A stretch of 63,992 nt of DNA, counting the filler, from Stramenopiles sp. TOSAG23-2 (lineage: Eukaryota), in assembly GCA_900128395.1 (NCBI GenBank). It is 9 parts of 9 records of this genome, joined end to end, with 100 filler letters (N's around TTAATTAATTAA, not from the genome) between each part and the next. Parts side by side here need not be neighbours in the genome. Positions count along the whole stretch, not along the records: positions 49,991 to 57,011 come from LT650369.1; positions 57,112 to 63,992 come from LT650388.1; 7 more parts are not named here. The stretch is one strand, 5' to 3'. The translations under genes and the position numbers were made by a program. Below are positions 53,901 to 63,992 of the stretch, in pieces (position 1 is the stretch's first letter; the number at the start of each line of letters is the position of its first letter). The notes beneath the pieces were generated by a model that was given only the letters and a program-made list of their open reading frames with translations, was not told the origin of the DNA and searched no databases.

Positions 53901-55707
53901 TTGGATCACTGAACAATGTTACTATTTGGGCTCCAAATTTTTAGTAGACGTTGACATTGCCATGCACTTACCAACTAGAGTCGTTACACGCAAAGTAGGT
54001 ACCGTGGTGTGGGCTGGAGATGCTGTTGATATTAAATCGTTTCATCATTTAACGCCGTTTGAACAACAACGTGCGGCGTTGGTATATTTGGAGAAAAAAG
54101 GTATGTTGGATATGCATTTAATGTCATGTGAAATGTATGAAATCTTAAGTGAAAAAGATTTAAAAGAGACTACTTGGTTACGATTATTTGATAAAGGTAT
54201 GATGGCATTTAGGTCACAGCAATGGAGTCGGGCGATACAATTTTTCAATCAAGTTTTACGTGCTAAAAATGATGATATGACTGCTCGTGTATATAAGCAT
54301 ATTAGTGCAAAATTATTGAGAACACACGTATCGTTCGAGGGAACTTCATGGAATGGCATATGGCAATCAGGCTGTGAACGCTTTGTATTGCAATATTATG
54401 GAGCTGAAATCGATCGCGAAGTATGGAATGAAAAAGTTTTATCATATGCAGATATAGAACCACAAGAAGATTATGAAGGTGCGGATGTCAAGACGGAAAG
54501 GGAAAAATACTTAGAAAGGCAAAGGCAAAATGATGCCAAATCGAAAAGAGATAGAGATAGAGATAGAAGAGCTGCTAAAAAAGAAAAAAATAGAGCAGTT
54601 GCAAAAGCAGCTGTGCAACGAAAACCAGCGGTAACAATGGAAATAGATGTATTTGCTGAGCAAGAGGACGAAGTGGAGAAGCAAAATAATAATGCAATGG
54701 AAGAAAATGAGGAGAAGAAAAAAGTAGAAAAAACGAAGGAAGAAGAACAAGAAAAAGTAGCAGCAGTAGTAGTAGTTGATGAATCTCAGAAAAATCTTAA
54801 TGATGGGATTGATTGGGTTGTCGAAAGGATGTGGAAAAGGTATAGTAAATCTACCGATATGGATAGCGGCAAGTTAAAAGTATTACTTGAGACCTTTACA
54901 AATGAGGAAGGTATTTCCACAGACATTTGCGATGAATTGATCAAATCAATTGATGGAAACAACAATGGTAAAATTAAGCAAACGGCATTAATAAAATTTG
55001 TTCACGATGGTTTAAATTTATCAAAGGCAGATCGCGCGTCTTACACAGCAAGTGGAGATGGGATAGATGTCATGCTTCTTAAATTTTTTGATTCGGTAAA
55101 AGAAAAAATTATTGTTTATCATTATATATTAGAAAAATGGCCAGTATTTGATGTTGATAATGTTGGGTATTTAACCCCTTTTCAAACTAAGTTATTTATT
55201 GAAATGGAAAGTCGAAATGAAATTAGCAAAAATGACTGTCAAGTTTTTATTAATAGTATTGATGAAAATCAAGATAATCAAATAGATCAAAATGAACTAA
55301 TTGAATTTATTCTGCATGGATTAAATTTAAATAATTTTCAGCGTGAAACCTATGCAAGTAGAGGAGGATCGCAGAAGCAAGTAATTGCATTTTTCGATGC
55401 GTTCCGTGTACGTGCAGGTGTTATACCAGTAATACCTTTGCGTGATATTAAAGACATCCAAGACGATAAGTTATTACTAGCTTTTTTCAATATACTAGAT
55501 ACTGATAAGTCTGGAACAATATCAAAGAAAGAATTATTGCGAGGTATGAGAAAAACAAAAATATTTGAAGGTATCGCTAAGAAACATAATAAATTACGTC
55601 CATTGTTAAATGGGAAGACATATTTAAATACATTTAAAAATATAAATAAAAGTGGTACAAACGAAATCACATATGAAGAATTAAAAGAGTTTGTGAGTGC
55701 GTTGTGA
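50962..55707 (+). CDS. Triple-GAF + PAS-like + degenerate class III cyclase + TPR-like + EF-hand signalling protein
   Basis: GAF motifs (CDRISVFL, FNNAFDKQTGYRTKSVL, GVVQCINK..FTKMDE); IVAIFGTP cyclase-like segment; WNGIW tail; EF-hand loops DENQDNQIDQNE and DTDKSGTISKKE. Confidence 0.8.
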   Translation: MSLYDALSTIYDGVNKNPQDMLLLTLTYLKNISPKQNSDRSIVLARLLDYVTKIEGDEDSQDPAWLTKLLERGHVKSMKPERWDSSRISSVRDRPKIPNAPSLSPFTSQRNKGRRNNNNNTKHKNRKFKSKNPRLLRHKLVPSKLNGNRTIAQKHVVDSPNSPEENGNILLKNKVHKLSIAHLEISKAMSRQTIISAVVDSCQTVFDPVDFVSLYVKTGKTFQSRLPHEKKPIIIKNTKIGIFGQVVKTKRVINLTADIAKLSEHYDSAIDSFQRKPCHILYIPVLLDGSGFFGIIKICKHASKKPFTRSQVEQAICIAKQTAVSLENERIALGSLALSSIVNEISSSLDIADTTLKLCKAAKRYLKCDSAMIFIKDIEKDELSFNLSQHSVTVPIDESSFVGSTAINKTMLNIVKKAQHDIRLNSKVEQLQMFNSTNVMCFPMLDNRSGRVVGVLRVANKEEKHIFTRKDQVLLNGLAQTAMVVLSNARIHDSAVADRVKTDSLLRVAKSLNEQEDLLALIGSIQKEAKTLLECDRISVFLNDSVTGELFTVAINDDGTPFEIRFRSDIGLAGYSFTNSKMINIEDAWEDARFNNAFDKQTGYRTKSVLVVHIVNHVGKNIGVVQCINKKTEETFTKMDELLSDAFASQCAVAIENLRNSERLADLQEYFSQHEASAYDIYFEIDMSRNIVDVSRDAQSVKLFEEENLNLIIGKRIDQWLGKRNKALIEIMLKAFKKPNNVFLKETTFIVPGSNGQTLILDMNIIPVIHKYEKGDRVNEVRRNYVDNISISGHTELFPHQNIGSYLIYCSNMRVKQSSGTIEHVTKYANENEDFEKDITPMLSITLNCSPSLRQKAIVAIVNEIHAGKGFIHHVENNTIVAIFGTPHSTNKDIMNVVDVGRKIVALMEMMQETMHNQELNIDGEDNQKESEKEENNNTDSADIFLSVHVGVTSAKIKIWNRWSDHCRYEAYPVSIAKSHWITEQCYYLGSKFLVDVDIAMHLPTRVVTRKVGTVVWAGDAVDIKSFHHLTPFEQQRAALVYLEKKGMLDMHLMSCEMYEILSEKDLKETTWLRLFDKGMMAFRSQQWSRAIQFFNQVLRAKNDDMTARVYKHISAKLLRTHVSFEGTSWNGIWQSGCERFVLQYYGAEIDREVWNEKVLSYADIEPQEDYEGADVKTEREKYLERQRQNDAKSKRDRDRDRRAAKKEKNRAVAKAAVQRKPAVTMEIDVFAEQEDEVEKQNNNAMEENEEKKKVEKTKEEEQEKVAAVVVVDESQKNLNDGIDWVVERMWKRYSKSTDMDSGKLKVLLETFTNEEGISTDICDELIKSIDGNNNGKIKQTALIKFVHDGLNLSKADRASYTASGDGIDVMLLKFFDSVKEKIIVYHYILEKWPVFDVDNVGYLTPFQTKLFIEMESRNEISKNDCQVFINSIDENQDNQIDQNELIEFILHGLNLNNFQRETYASRGGSQKQVIAFFDAFRVRAGVIPVIPLRDIKDIQDDKLLLAFFNILDTDKSGTISKKELLRGMRKTKIFEGIAKKHNKLRPLLNGKTYLNTFKNINKSGTNEITYEELKEFVSAL

Positions 55708-56083
55708 AAGTTAAAAAATTAGCATAGAAATACTATTGATATTTTTGCAATACATATGTATGTATTATGGAAGGAAAAACAAGAGATTTATTTCGTTTGT
55801 ATTTTACATATTAGAAAATCTGTCGTTAAAGGCGTTCTAGGGGAGTTTATTTTTGAATGATCCAATGATTGCATGATCAGATTAGAGAAGAAAAGTTTCT
55901 ATATGTGTGTGTGGTTTAAATTTAATAATTAACGATCGTGTTACACCACACACAGTTGTACGCGTAGTAACGTAGTATTTTATTTTTTTATTTTTTTCGT
56001 TCAACCTAAAGTTATTTGAAATATTTTATACTTTTATAAATTTTATTACACTATCAGAATTATTAAATACATAATATACATAT

Positions 56084-56560
56084 TTAAACAAGGAATTCAT
56101 ATGCTGCTGGTGTAATAGTTTCAACATTTTTACCATTTACAAATGCACCTTTCCGTGGTTGTCCTGGCAAACGTTTCAAGTAAACGCTTTTACCTGCTGC
56201 TTTTGCTTCTGCCTTTAATTTGGTGTTTCTTTTAACACGGGAAACGAAATCTTCACGGGAACGTGATGGACGTACGTGTTCAACACGGAAGTGTACACGT
56301 TTCTTTAAGATTTTTCCTCTCAAAAGCTTGTTTACTTCAACGCCAACGGATGTTTGTGTTACGTTGAATACAATACCAGTGCGACCGTGGTAAAATTTGT
56401 GTGGCATACCTTTATGTACGGAACCGTCACCTTTAATATCAACGATATCACCAACTTTGTAAGTAATGAAATATTTACTTAATTCGTGTACACCTTGTTT
56501 CCTGAATGGACGTGCGAACATATCGCGTGTGCGTCCTCTGTAACCATATGAATGCGGCAT
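56084..56560 (-). CDS. RPL21: 60S ribosomal protein L21 (eL21)
   Basis: MPHSYGYRGRTRDMF...GDIVDIKG...KGMPHKFYHGRTG...RVEHVRPSR. Confidence 0.98.
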   Translation of the reverse strand: MPHSYGYRGRTRDMFARPFRKQGVHELSKYFITYKVGDIVDIKGDGSVHKGMPHKFYHGRTGIVFNVTQTSVGVEVNKLLRGKILKKRVHFRVEHVRPSRSREDFVSRVKRNTKLKAEAKAAGKSVYLKRLPGQPRKGAFVNGKNVETITPAAYEFLV

Positions 56561-57273
56561 GATGTATTATTTATAATATAAAAATAAAGATAAAAAAGAA
56601 ATATAGTTTTTGTTCTGTTTCTATTAATTCTGTACTCTTGTTGTGATCCCACTCTTGTAAGTCTCTACACGTTTTCTTTCTATCTTTCCCCCTGTGTTTC
56701 CCTGCCTTTGAGGCCTGTTTTTATATATCCAATAATCTAGTGAATGGTTCACAATCGCATTTACCTGCTATTTATATACTATTTAGAAACAATTAAAACA
56801 CATAGGAATAGCATAGTCAACACATCAATGCTATATTATGCTAATGTGGTATATTCCTGATCCTATTCCATTTACCCTAGCAGATAAATGTATACTATCA
56901 AGTGCAATTTTTCACACATCGCCTCTACGACAATATATTATACTTGAAGGTGGAAATTAATACTCAGGAAGATTTCACTACGCTTTGTGTAGTGAAATTG
57001 ATATTGTACTTNNNNNNNNNNNNNNNNNNNNNNNNNNNNNNNNNNNNNNNNNNNNTTAATTAATTAANNNNNNNNNNNNNNNNNNNNNNNNNNNNNNNNN
57101 NNNNNNNNNNNATACATAATAGATTTAAAATACAAAGCTACAAAATATACTTGAAGACATACATATACATAATACATTATTAAACCATACGTTTATTTGC
57201 TATAATTACACCTCCGAAAAACAATAGTAGCAAAAACAAAATATATATTTTTCTTTTTAAAATAAAAAAAAGA

Positions 57274-59166
57274 ATGTCTTCTACCAACACTTCAAGAAAT
57301 GGTGCGACAAATAATACAGAAACAAAAAATGGTCAAGAACAAAAAATACCAAAAGAACAAGAGGAAGCATTGCAATTTTTAATATTGATAATAGCTGTTG
57401 TAGTAGCTTGGGCTTTAATGTATTTCCGTTCTTATGTATTTTGGATTGTCTGGGTGTTAATAACGCATGTATTGGTATTTGGAATCATGGTATATGCAGG
57501 TGCTTATGTTCCAGGCTTATCTCGTTTTTTCGGTCCACAACGTGGTCCACGACAATCTATAGTAGATCATAATAAAATGTGGTATGACTATATGACATCC
57601 TTTGGGACACTTACGTATGGTTTTATGTATTATATGGGTTTATCTGCACTTGATTACGGCGCCGGTGGATATTTGATATGGACATACCATAAATCAGAAT
57701 GCTTTTCATTTTTGGTGTATTATTTAATAGATTTACCAACATATTTCATTGGCACTATTATGTGGGTATTACTTTTACTGGTAGGACATATAACTTTAAT
57801 TATATCGTTATTTTATATTTTGTCAAGCACGAATTGGGTTGGGCCGGACATAGCAGATGGTGGAGACGATCCACGGTGGATGGGATTTGATGATTTAGAC
57901 TTTTTAAATGGAGAAAAAAACAATGTTGGTGATAAAAATATGACGATGGAACAAGCAAGATCATATTTAGGATTAAAAACTGACGTTGTTTATGATAGAA
58001 AATCAATGCGTAAGCAATATCATAAAGTCTGTGCAAAATGGCATCCAGATAAAAATCCAAATAATATTCATGCGAAAAGATATTTTCAAAAAATACAAGA
58101 TGCATACGAATTGCTTGGTCCAAAAGCAATGCGTAATAATAGATTACGCGAGCTAGGTAAAATCAGTTTCCAAGCTATTTCAGCATATTCTATTTTTGAT
58201 TTATTAGTTAGTTACATTTTTGGTTATGGAACCATTTGGATTTATAAATGGCCTACGTTTTGGTTTATATGGCTCGAAGTTATGCATTGTTTATTGGCAT
58301 ATGCATTACAATTGATCGTTAAATCAGTAGCAACAATGCCGAAAATATTTTCAACATGGATTAACATACTTATGTTAGTTTCAATTATATCGTTCTTTGA
58401 TTATGCAATGGGTAGTAATATTATATGGATTGAGAATTGGCCATTCCCATATTTAATAGCTGCGCCAAGTCAAATACCTGGATTAATCGATTCTTTGCCT
58501 TTTAATGCCCTATGGCTATTTAGAGTATATTGCTCTGTACGAATGTTGTTAAGAGGATTTGTAAATGTTTCCGTTCAAAATATCGATTTTCCAGAAAAAT
58601 ATACCGGTGATGAAAAAGATCATGCAGATGCAATTGTTATTTTTAATGGATTTTTAAATATTTGTTTCACATTAATTTTAATTGCATTGGATTATTACAT
58701 GTATCAAAATAGTGGATGGATATGGAGAAGCCGGAAAGAATCTGGTTGGTTTTTTGTGATTTTATCCTTTTTTTGGTCATATTTCGGTTTAGACATCACC
58801 CAGGCGATTGGGCATGAAAGTTGGGGTGATTTCTTAGTTGGTTTTACCGTTTTAGCGCCAAGTCATACAACGTGGTTTGATGCATTTATGTTAGGTGTTG
58901 GCATATATGTGTTTATGCGAATTCAACGTGGAATAATATACACAGATTTTGCATTGCGATTGTTACGTGACAGCCCGTTTGGTCCATCTATTTTAAATTT
59001 TGCAAAGGATTTAAGACAAATGGCAGAAGCAGAAATAGAAAAGCAAAAAGAAGAAGAAGAAAAGCGTAAACAAGAAGAAGATAAAAACATAGAAAAAAAC
59101 ATTCTACCTGCTAATGTTGATCTTAGTTATAAGGATGGTGACGATAGTAATAAAAAATTTTCGTGA
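57274..59166 (+). CDS. Multi-pass membrane protein with internal DnaJ (J) domain
   Basis: ARSYLGL...MRKQYHKVCAKWHPDKNP...FQKIQDAYELL (HPD motif) flanked by about ten hydrophobic segments. Confidence 0.8.
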   Translation: MSSTNTSRNGATNNTETKNGQEQKIPKEQEEALQFLILIIAVVVAWALMYFRSYVFWIVWVLITHVLVFGIMVYAGAYVPGLSRFFGPQRGPRQSIVDHNKMWYDYMTSFGTLTYGFMYYMGLSALDYGAGGYLIWTYHKSECFSFLVYYLIDLPTYFIGTIMWVLLLLVGHITLIISLFYILSSTNWVGPDIADGGDDPRWMGFDDLDFLNGEKNNVGDKNMTMEQARSYLGLKTDVVYDRKSMRKQYHKVCAKWHPDKNPNNIHAKRYFQKIQDAYELLGPKAMRNNRLRELGKISFQAISAYSIFDLLVSYIFGYGTIWIYKWPTFWFIWLEVMHCLLAYALQLIVKSVATMPKIFSTWINILMLVSIISFFDYAMGSNIIWIENWPFPYLIAAPSQIPGLIDSLPFNALWLFRVYCSVRMLLRGFVNVSVQNIDFPEKYTGDEKDHADAIVIFNGFLNICFTLILIALDYYMYQNSGWIWRSRKESGWFFVILSFFWSYFGLDITQAIGHESWGDFLVGFTVLAPSHTTWFDAFMLGVGIYVFMRIQRGIIYTDFALRLLRDSPFGPSILNFAKDLRQMAEAEIEKQKEEEEKRKQEEDKNIEKNILPANVDLSYKDGDDSNKKFS

Positions 59167-59757
59167 AAAATACGTGTTCGTACGAACATAATAATATAGT
59201 GTACTCGCGAGCATATATTGATGCATCACTATACACTGGTGTGAATAAAGTGTATGATAAAAAGAAATGTCTCAATTTGTCCATTTTTTTTCACAATAAT
59301 TTCAATGATACAACTATCATACGAGTATATGATACTAGGAAGTGCAAGGGTGGAGTACGAAGTGTCGAAGTGTAGAATTTTAAAACATACTGGTACACAT
59401 TATATTATCAATATTACATGTACGACCGTATATATTCGTAATACTTCGTATATTTTATTTAAAAATCGTTTTACATCGATGATTGTCAGTGTTTGATTTT
59501 TTACAAGATTCTCTTTCACGAATGCTTCTCGTACAACTGTAATTTTTCTCGCTCCTCTTCCATGTCATATGATACCTGTAATTTTTTAACCTTTTTCGCT
59601 TCTTTTTTTTTTTTTCACTCCTTCCCTCTCCTAACTATTAATATTTTAATTAATTTATATTCATTTATCTGTTTATATTTTTATTATTTTTTTTCCTTAA
59701 TATATATAATCTATATATTTTTTTGTGCAGTTTTAGATTTCATGTGGCAAAACAATT

Positions 59758-61011
59758 TCACCTTCTATTCGTTGGTGATGTTGGGAATGCATCGACTTTT
59801 ATCTGTTTTATCTGTACAGTTGTAAAATTTCCTTTACGTTTTTGTCTTTTATACATACGTGGTGAGACACACTCGGCAACTTCAGCTAATAACAAGAAAG
59901 GATCATTATCCATAGTGCGATTATTTAAAAATTTCTTCTTTGACGAGGATTTACTGTTACTACGTTTCACTAATTTCATCATCTCGTTATTACGACTTAT
60001 TGTTGGTTTTTCTTCATCTTCTTCTTCTTCATCATCATCATCATCATCGGAACTATCCTCATCAGATGAACTACCAGATTCTTCCGAACTATCATCGTCA
60101 TCATCTTCTTCTTCCTCCTCTGAGCTATCAGAATCAGAATCTTCTTCCTCAGACGATTCTTCCTCCTCAGACGATTCTTCTTCTTCTTCTTCTTCCGCAT
60201 TGGATTCTTCTGCAGAAATATCATGTTTTTGTAACCAATTATTGACTAACTGACTGATTTTCTTTTTCGCTTTTTCTTTCTCCATCATTCTTTCACGTTT
60301 TTTCATCATATATTTAGACAATGGCTTGCCATTTTTGCCCATGATAATTGGTTTAGGCTTTTTTTTGCCTTTTACTTTCGGGTGTCTGGGCGGTGTCCCT
60401 TTATTTCCATTCATTTCCATTGATGGGCGACCTCTTGGGCGCTTTACACCAATATTTTTTCCACGTTTTAATGCTGATGACATTTTTCTCTCTTCTCTTT
60501 TTTGTTTTTTCAATTTTTTTTGAGCTTTGATTTCATCCTCTTTGCGCTTGTTATATGGACGTGTTTTAGCACCATGATGACGTTTCATATGGTACCATAA
60601 ACCACTCGCACCAGCATATGGCGGATCATTAGGACAAAGTGCACATTGGTATTGCTTCACTTTACTTTTAGCCATTAAAGCATTGGCAATAATGTCGTTA
60701 CTATTATTGTTATTATTATTGTTATTAATGGTTGGGGTATCGACCATCACAAAGGTTGAATTCTGTTGCGTTGTAACGACTGGTTTAATTGTTTGTGCAC
60801 GATGCTCCCTATCGTCATCTAAATTTAACATTCCATTTGGTGTTCTTATGACTTTTTGTTCTGCAAGACCACGTTTAACGGGCAACGGGCTGCTTATATT
60901 GATATTGGGATCCATATTTTTTCGCTCAAAACTTACAGTATCTTGGGAAGATGTAGAAGGGGATGACGATACGGAAGGTGATAGCGTTTCTATAGTAGTT
61001 AACTCGTCCAT
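59758..61011 (-). CDS. Nuclear protein with C2H2 zinc finger, AT-hook and acidic tract
   Basis: YQCALC...GLWYHMKRHH; KRPRGRP; long D/E/S tract. Confidence 0.75.
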   Translation of the reverse strand: MDELTTIETLSPSVSSSPSTSSQDTVSFERKNMDPNINISSPLPVKRGLAEQKVIRTPNGMLNLDDDREHRAQTIKPVVTTQQNSTFVMVDTPTINNNNNNNNSNDIIANALMAKSKVKQYQCALCPNDPPYAGASGLWYHMKRHHGAKTRPYNKRKEDEIKAQKKLKKQKREERKMSSALKRGKNIGVKRPRGRPSMEMNGNKGTPPRHPKVKGKKKPKPIIMGKNGKPLSKYMMKKRERMMEKEKAKKKISQLVNNWLQKHDISAEESNAEEEEEEESSEEEESSEEEDSDSDSSEEEEEDDDDDSSEESGSSSDEDSSDDDDDDEEEEDEEKPTISRNNEMMKLVKRSNSKSSSKKKFLNNRTMDNDPFLLLAEVAECVSPRMYKRQKRKGNFTTVQIKQIKVDAFPTSPTNRR

Positions 61012-62350
61012 TTTTGTTTTAAAAACACTTTTTTTTTTCTTTTTTTCAATTTATAATTGCAGGAATGAATAATGGTATATTCAGATGTATATCGCTTGTT
61101 AACAAACCTTACCTTGATTGTTTTGCTGTAAATATGTATTTATCTGATACTTTTATGTATATATATATCAATATAATATATGTTTTTCTTGCAAGTATCT
61201 GTTGAAAAACAGGTTTTTCAAAGTGCCAAAAAATGAGTAAAAATTAATGTGATGCAAAGATGGGAATAACTTTTTAACTTTTCGATCAAAAATAAAAATT
61301 TTGATATCTATCGTTATTAGTATATCTTGCAGAATGTATTGATTTAATTTATAATGTGATGCGAAAATTTATAATGTATGTATTGTTTGTTTGTTTTTGT
61401 ATATGTATATACATGTAATATTTTTTTAGTTGATGTTATTATACGTGTAAAGTGTTTAAGTTTGGAAAAGCAGTAGTTGTGAACTTTTCCTATCAAAATT
61501 AAAATAATAGTATACTAATAATGTACTTTCGCTTGAAAATGTTGAAATGTTGAAAAAAATGAAAAAAAACCATTTCGCGAAGTTTTATTAGATTTTTTCT
61601 TAATGCTATTTCATCGTAATTGTAGATTTGTAAAATGTATTGATAAGCTAAGCCTAATGAATCCTATAATGTATAATGTTATTTCATCTTATATAGCTTC
61701 CCTATTTTTTTCAGCAGCCATAATGTCAACACTAATGTTTCCACTTCGATTCAATGATTAACATGTAACACCATTAACAATCAGACAGAGGATTTTCAAT
61801 TTAGTTATAGAAAATAAGATATAAATAGCATTCCAGAGCTCTAAATTTTCATTTTTACTTGAAACGCAAGCGGGCAAGCATTTGGCACATGCACCAAACT
61901 TACAAAATCTTAAAATATTACATGTATATACATATACAAAAACAAACAAACAATACATACATTATAAATTTTCGCATCACATTATAAATTAAATCAATAC
62001 ATTCTGCAAGATATACTAATAACGATAGATATCAAAATTTTTATTTTTGATCGAAAAGTTAAAAAGTTATTCCCATCTTTGCATCACATTAATTTTTACT
62101 CATTTTTTGGCACTTTGAAAAACCTGTTTTTCAACAGATACTTGCAAGAAAAACATATATTATATTGATATATATATACATAAAAGTATCAGATAAATAC
62201 ATATTTACAGCAAAACAATCAAGGTAAGGTTTGTTAACAAGCGATATACATCTGAATATACCATTATTCATTCCTGCAATTATAAATTGAAAAAAAGAAA
62301 AAAAAAAGTGTTTTTAAAACAAAAATGGACGAGTTAACTACTATAGAAAC
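60986..62350. repeat. Long inverted repeat (arms 60986-61424 and 61912-62350, 439 bp each)
   Basis: The right arm reads as the reverse complement of the left arm, e.g. gtttctatagtagttaactcgtccat versus atggacgagttaactactatagaaac. Confidence 0.92.
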
Positions 62351-62353
62351 ATT

Positions 62354-63367
62354 ATGTCAAAAGCGCCAATTAAAGTTGTTGTCAGTGGAGCTGCTGGAAA
62401 TATTGGATATGCCATTGTACCACGTTTATTAAATGGTGAAGTATTTGGTATGGACCAACCTATTATTTTATGTATGTTAGAAATTCCACCTGTATTGCCA
62501 ACATTGAATGGTGTTGTTATGGAATTGAAAGATTGTGCATTTGCATGCAATGCCGGCTTGATTGCATCTGCTGATCCTAACGAAGCAATGCAAGATGCAG
62601 ATGTTGTAGTATTAATTGGTGGATTCCCAAGAAAACAAGGTATGTTGCGCAAAGATTTAATCCAAAAAAATACTGGTATCTTTAAATCTATGGGGGAAGC
62701 TTTGAACAATGCAAAATCAACATGTAAAGTTCTTGTTGTAGCAAACCCAGCAAACTCCAATTGCCGCGTTGCATTGAAGAGCTGCACTAAAATTCCAGCT
62801 AAAAATTTCACTTGCTTAACGCGCCTTGATCAAAATCGCGCATATTCACAAATTGCTGATAAAGTTGGTGTTCCAGTGAAAGACGTTCATAATATTATTA
62901 TTTGGGGTAATCATTCAAAATCACAATATCCTGATATTGCTAAAGCATATGTTATGAAAGATGGAAAGAAACATTCCGTCGCTGATGCAGTTGGGGATAT
63001 GGGTTACTTGCATGGTGATTTTATTTCCACCGTACAACAACGTGGTGCAGCAGTCATTGAAGCAAGAGGTGCATCAAGTGCATTGTCTGCTGCAAATGCT
63101 GCATTGGATCATTTACGTACATGGTTGGTTACCGGTACAGCACCAGGTCAATTTACTTCTATGGGTATTTATTCACAAGGTCATTATGGTATTGCCAAAG
63201 ATATTGTATTTTCCTTTCCATTAACATGTGCAAATGGGGAATACAAAGTTGTTGAAGGTATGGAAATAACTGATTTTGCAAGGGGGAAATTAAATGCAAC
63301 ACAAGAAGAGTTATTGCAAGAAGCATCCGATGCTGATGAAATTCTTAGTGGAACTTCAAAAATGTAA
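62354..63367 (+). CDS. MDH1: Cytosolic-type (MDH1) malate dehydrogenase with C-terminal SKM (PTS1-like)
   Basis: VVVSGAAGNIGY, GVVMELKDCA, GGFPRK.GM.RKDL, VLVVANPAN, LTRLDQNRA, IWGNHS, SSALSAA. Confidence 0.95.
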   Translation: MSKAPIKVVVSGAAGNIGYAIVPRLLNGEVFGMDQPIILCMLEIPPVLPTLNGVVMELKDCAFACNAGLIASADPNEAMQDADVVVLIGGFPRKQGMLRKDLIQKNTGIFKSMGEALNNAKSTCKVLVVANPANSNCRVALKSCTKIPAKNFTCLTRLDQNRAYSQIADKVGVPVKDVHNIIIWGNHSKSQYPDIAKAYVMKDGKKHSVADAVGDMGYLHGDFISTVQQRGAAVIEARGASSALSAANAALDHLRTWLVTGTAPGQFTSMGIYSQGHYGIAKDIVFSFPLTCANGEYKVVEGMEITDFARGKLNATQEELLQEASDADEILSGTSKM

Positions 63368-63992
63368 ACGAAAGGCATACGATTTTTGTATCATATCATA
63401 TTAAATATCATATATATGATATGGCACATATAATCACATCATAATATGGTGTATGTGACGTCATTGTTTAATTTTTTTTTTACTTTTTACTTCTTTGTTT
63501 TAACTGTGTGAGAAAAGACAAGAAAGAGACAGAGAGAGAGGGATGCACATGTGCGCGCGTATATATATATATATATATATATATATTTAATATTTTGTTC
63601 GTATAAGAGAGTTATACATTATATATAGTATATATTATATATGTTTCATAAGTACGTAAAAAGTATCCTATAAAAGGTCTCATAATAAAATTATAGAATG
63701 TTATAATATGCCTTGCTGGCTTGGTTATGGTAGTGTCTAGTATAACTTATATAGGAAAATATATTATATAAATAACAAATTAAAATAATCTCAAAAAATT
63801 ATGATTTTATTTAGAGCACTAGGACGACTATTATTGCACTATTTATTTATAAAATATTTTATATATATATTATTTCTCACACCATCCAACCTCTTCTTTA
63901 TCGATGAGAACGGTTTGTCGATGATGTATTTGGTCTTATGAGAAAGCCACCGCCTTGGTTACTACCACGACTGACTCCTCTAGAGGCGCTAT

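Noticed and set aside
7081-57111. Regularly spaced TTAATTAATTAA palindromes about every 7.1 kb
   Set aside because: Artificial linker within N runs joining size-sorted scaffolds; not biological, and cross-linker gene neighbourhoods are not real.
63900-63992. Possible C/D-box snoRNA (gatgatg...ctga) near the window end
   Set aside because: The C box is imperfect, rRNA complementarity is short and mismatched, and there is no terminal stem; not supportable.

Overview
AT-rich, intron-poor microbial eukaryote DNA with poly-Asn and poly-Ser tracts. A heterotrophic protist such as a stramenopile is my inference, not proven. The window is not one locus. It is nine unlinked scaffolds of about 7 kb, apparently sorted by decreasing length and joined by an artificial 100-bp N44-TTAATTAATTAA-N44 linker, so adjacency across linkers is meaningless. 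There are about 25 genes, mostly housekeeping or signalling: eIF2B-gamma, MRS2, TM6SF, ECI1, SZT2, ATAD1/Msp1, BMT5-like, RNASEK-like, MAPR, RPL21 and MDH. The standout is an intronless, GC-rich 678-aa ORF (44333-46369) that fuses all four core histone folds in one polypeptide, in the order H2B-H2A-H4-H3. It has no basic tails, has a ~95-aa possibly chromo-like insert splitting H2B, and has lost many DNA-contacting arginines. It sits on an otherwise host-like AT-rich scaffold. Other notable items are an MLKL/HeLo-like domain fused to an intact kinase plus ankyrin repeat, a Venus-flytrap receptor with an XK-like rather than 7TM membrane module, a CyaB1-like GAF/PAS pseudo-cyclase with EF hands, a NylB-like hydrolase with a PTS1, a YUCCA-like FMO and a short NCLDV major-capsid-like fragment. 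Several tandem and inverted duplications and frameshifts look like assembly or amplification artefacts.
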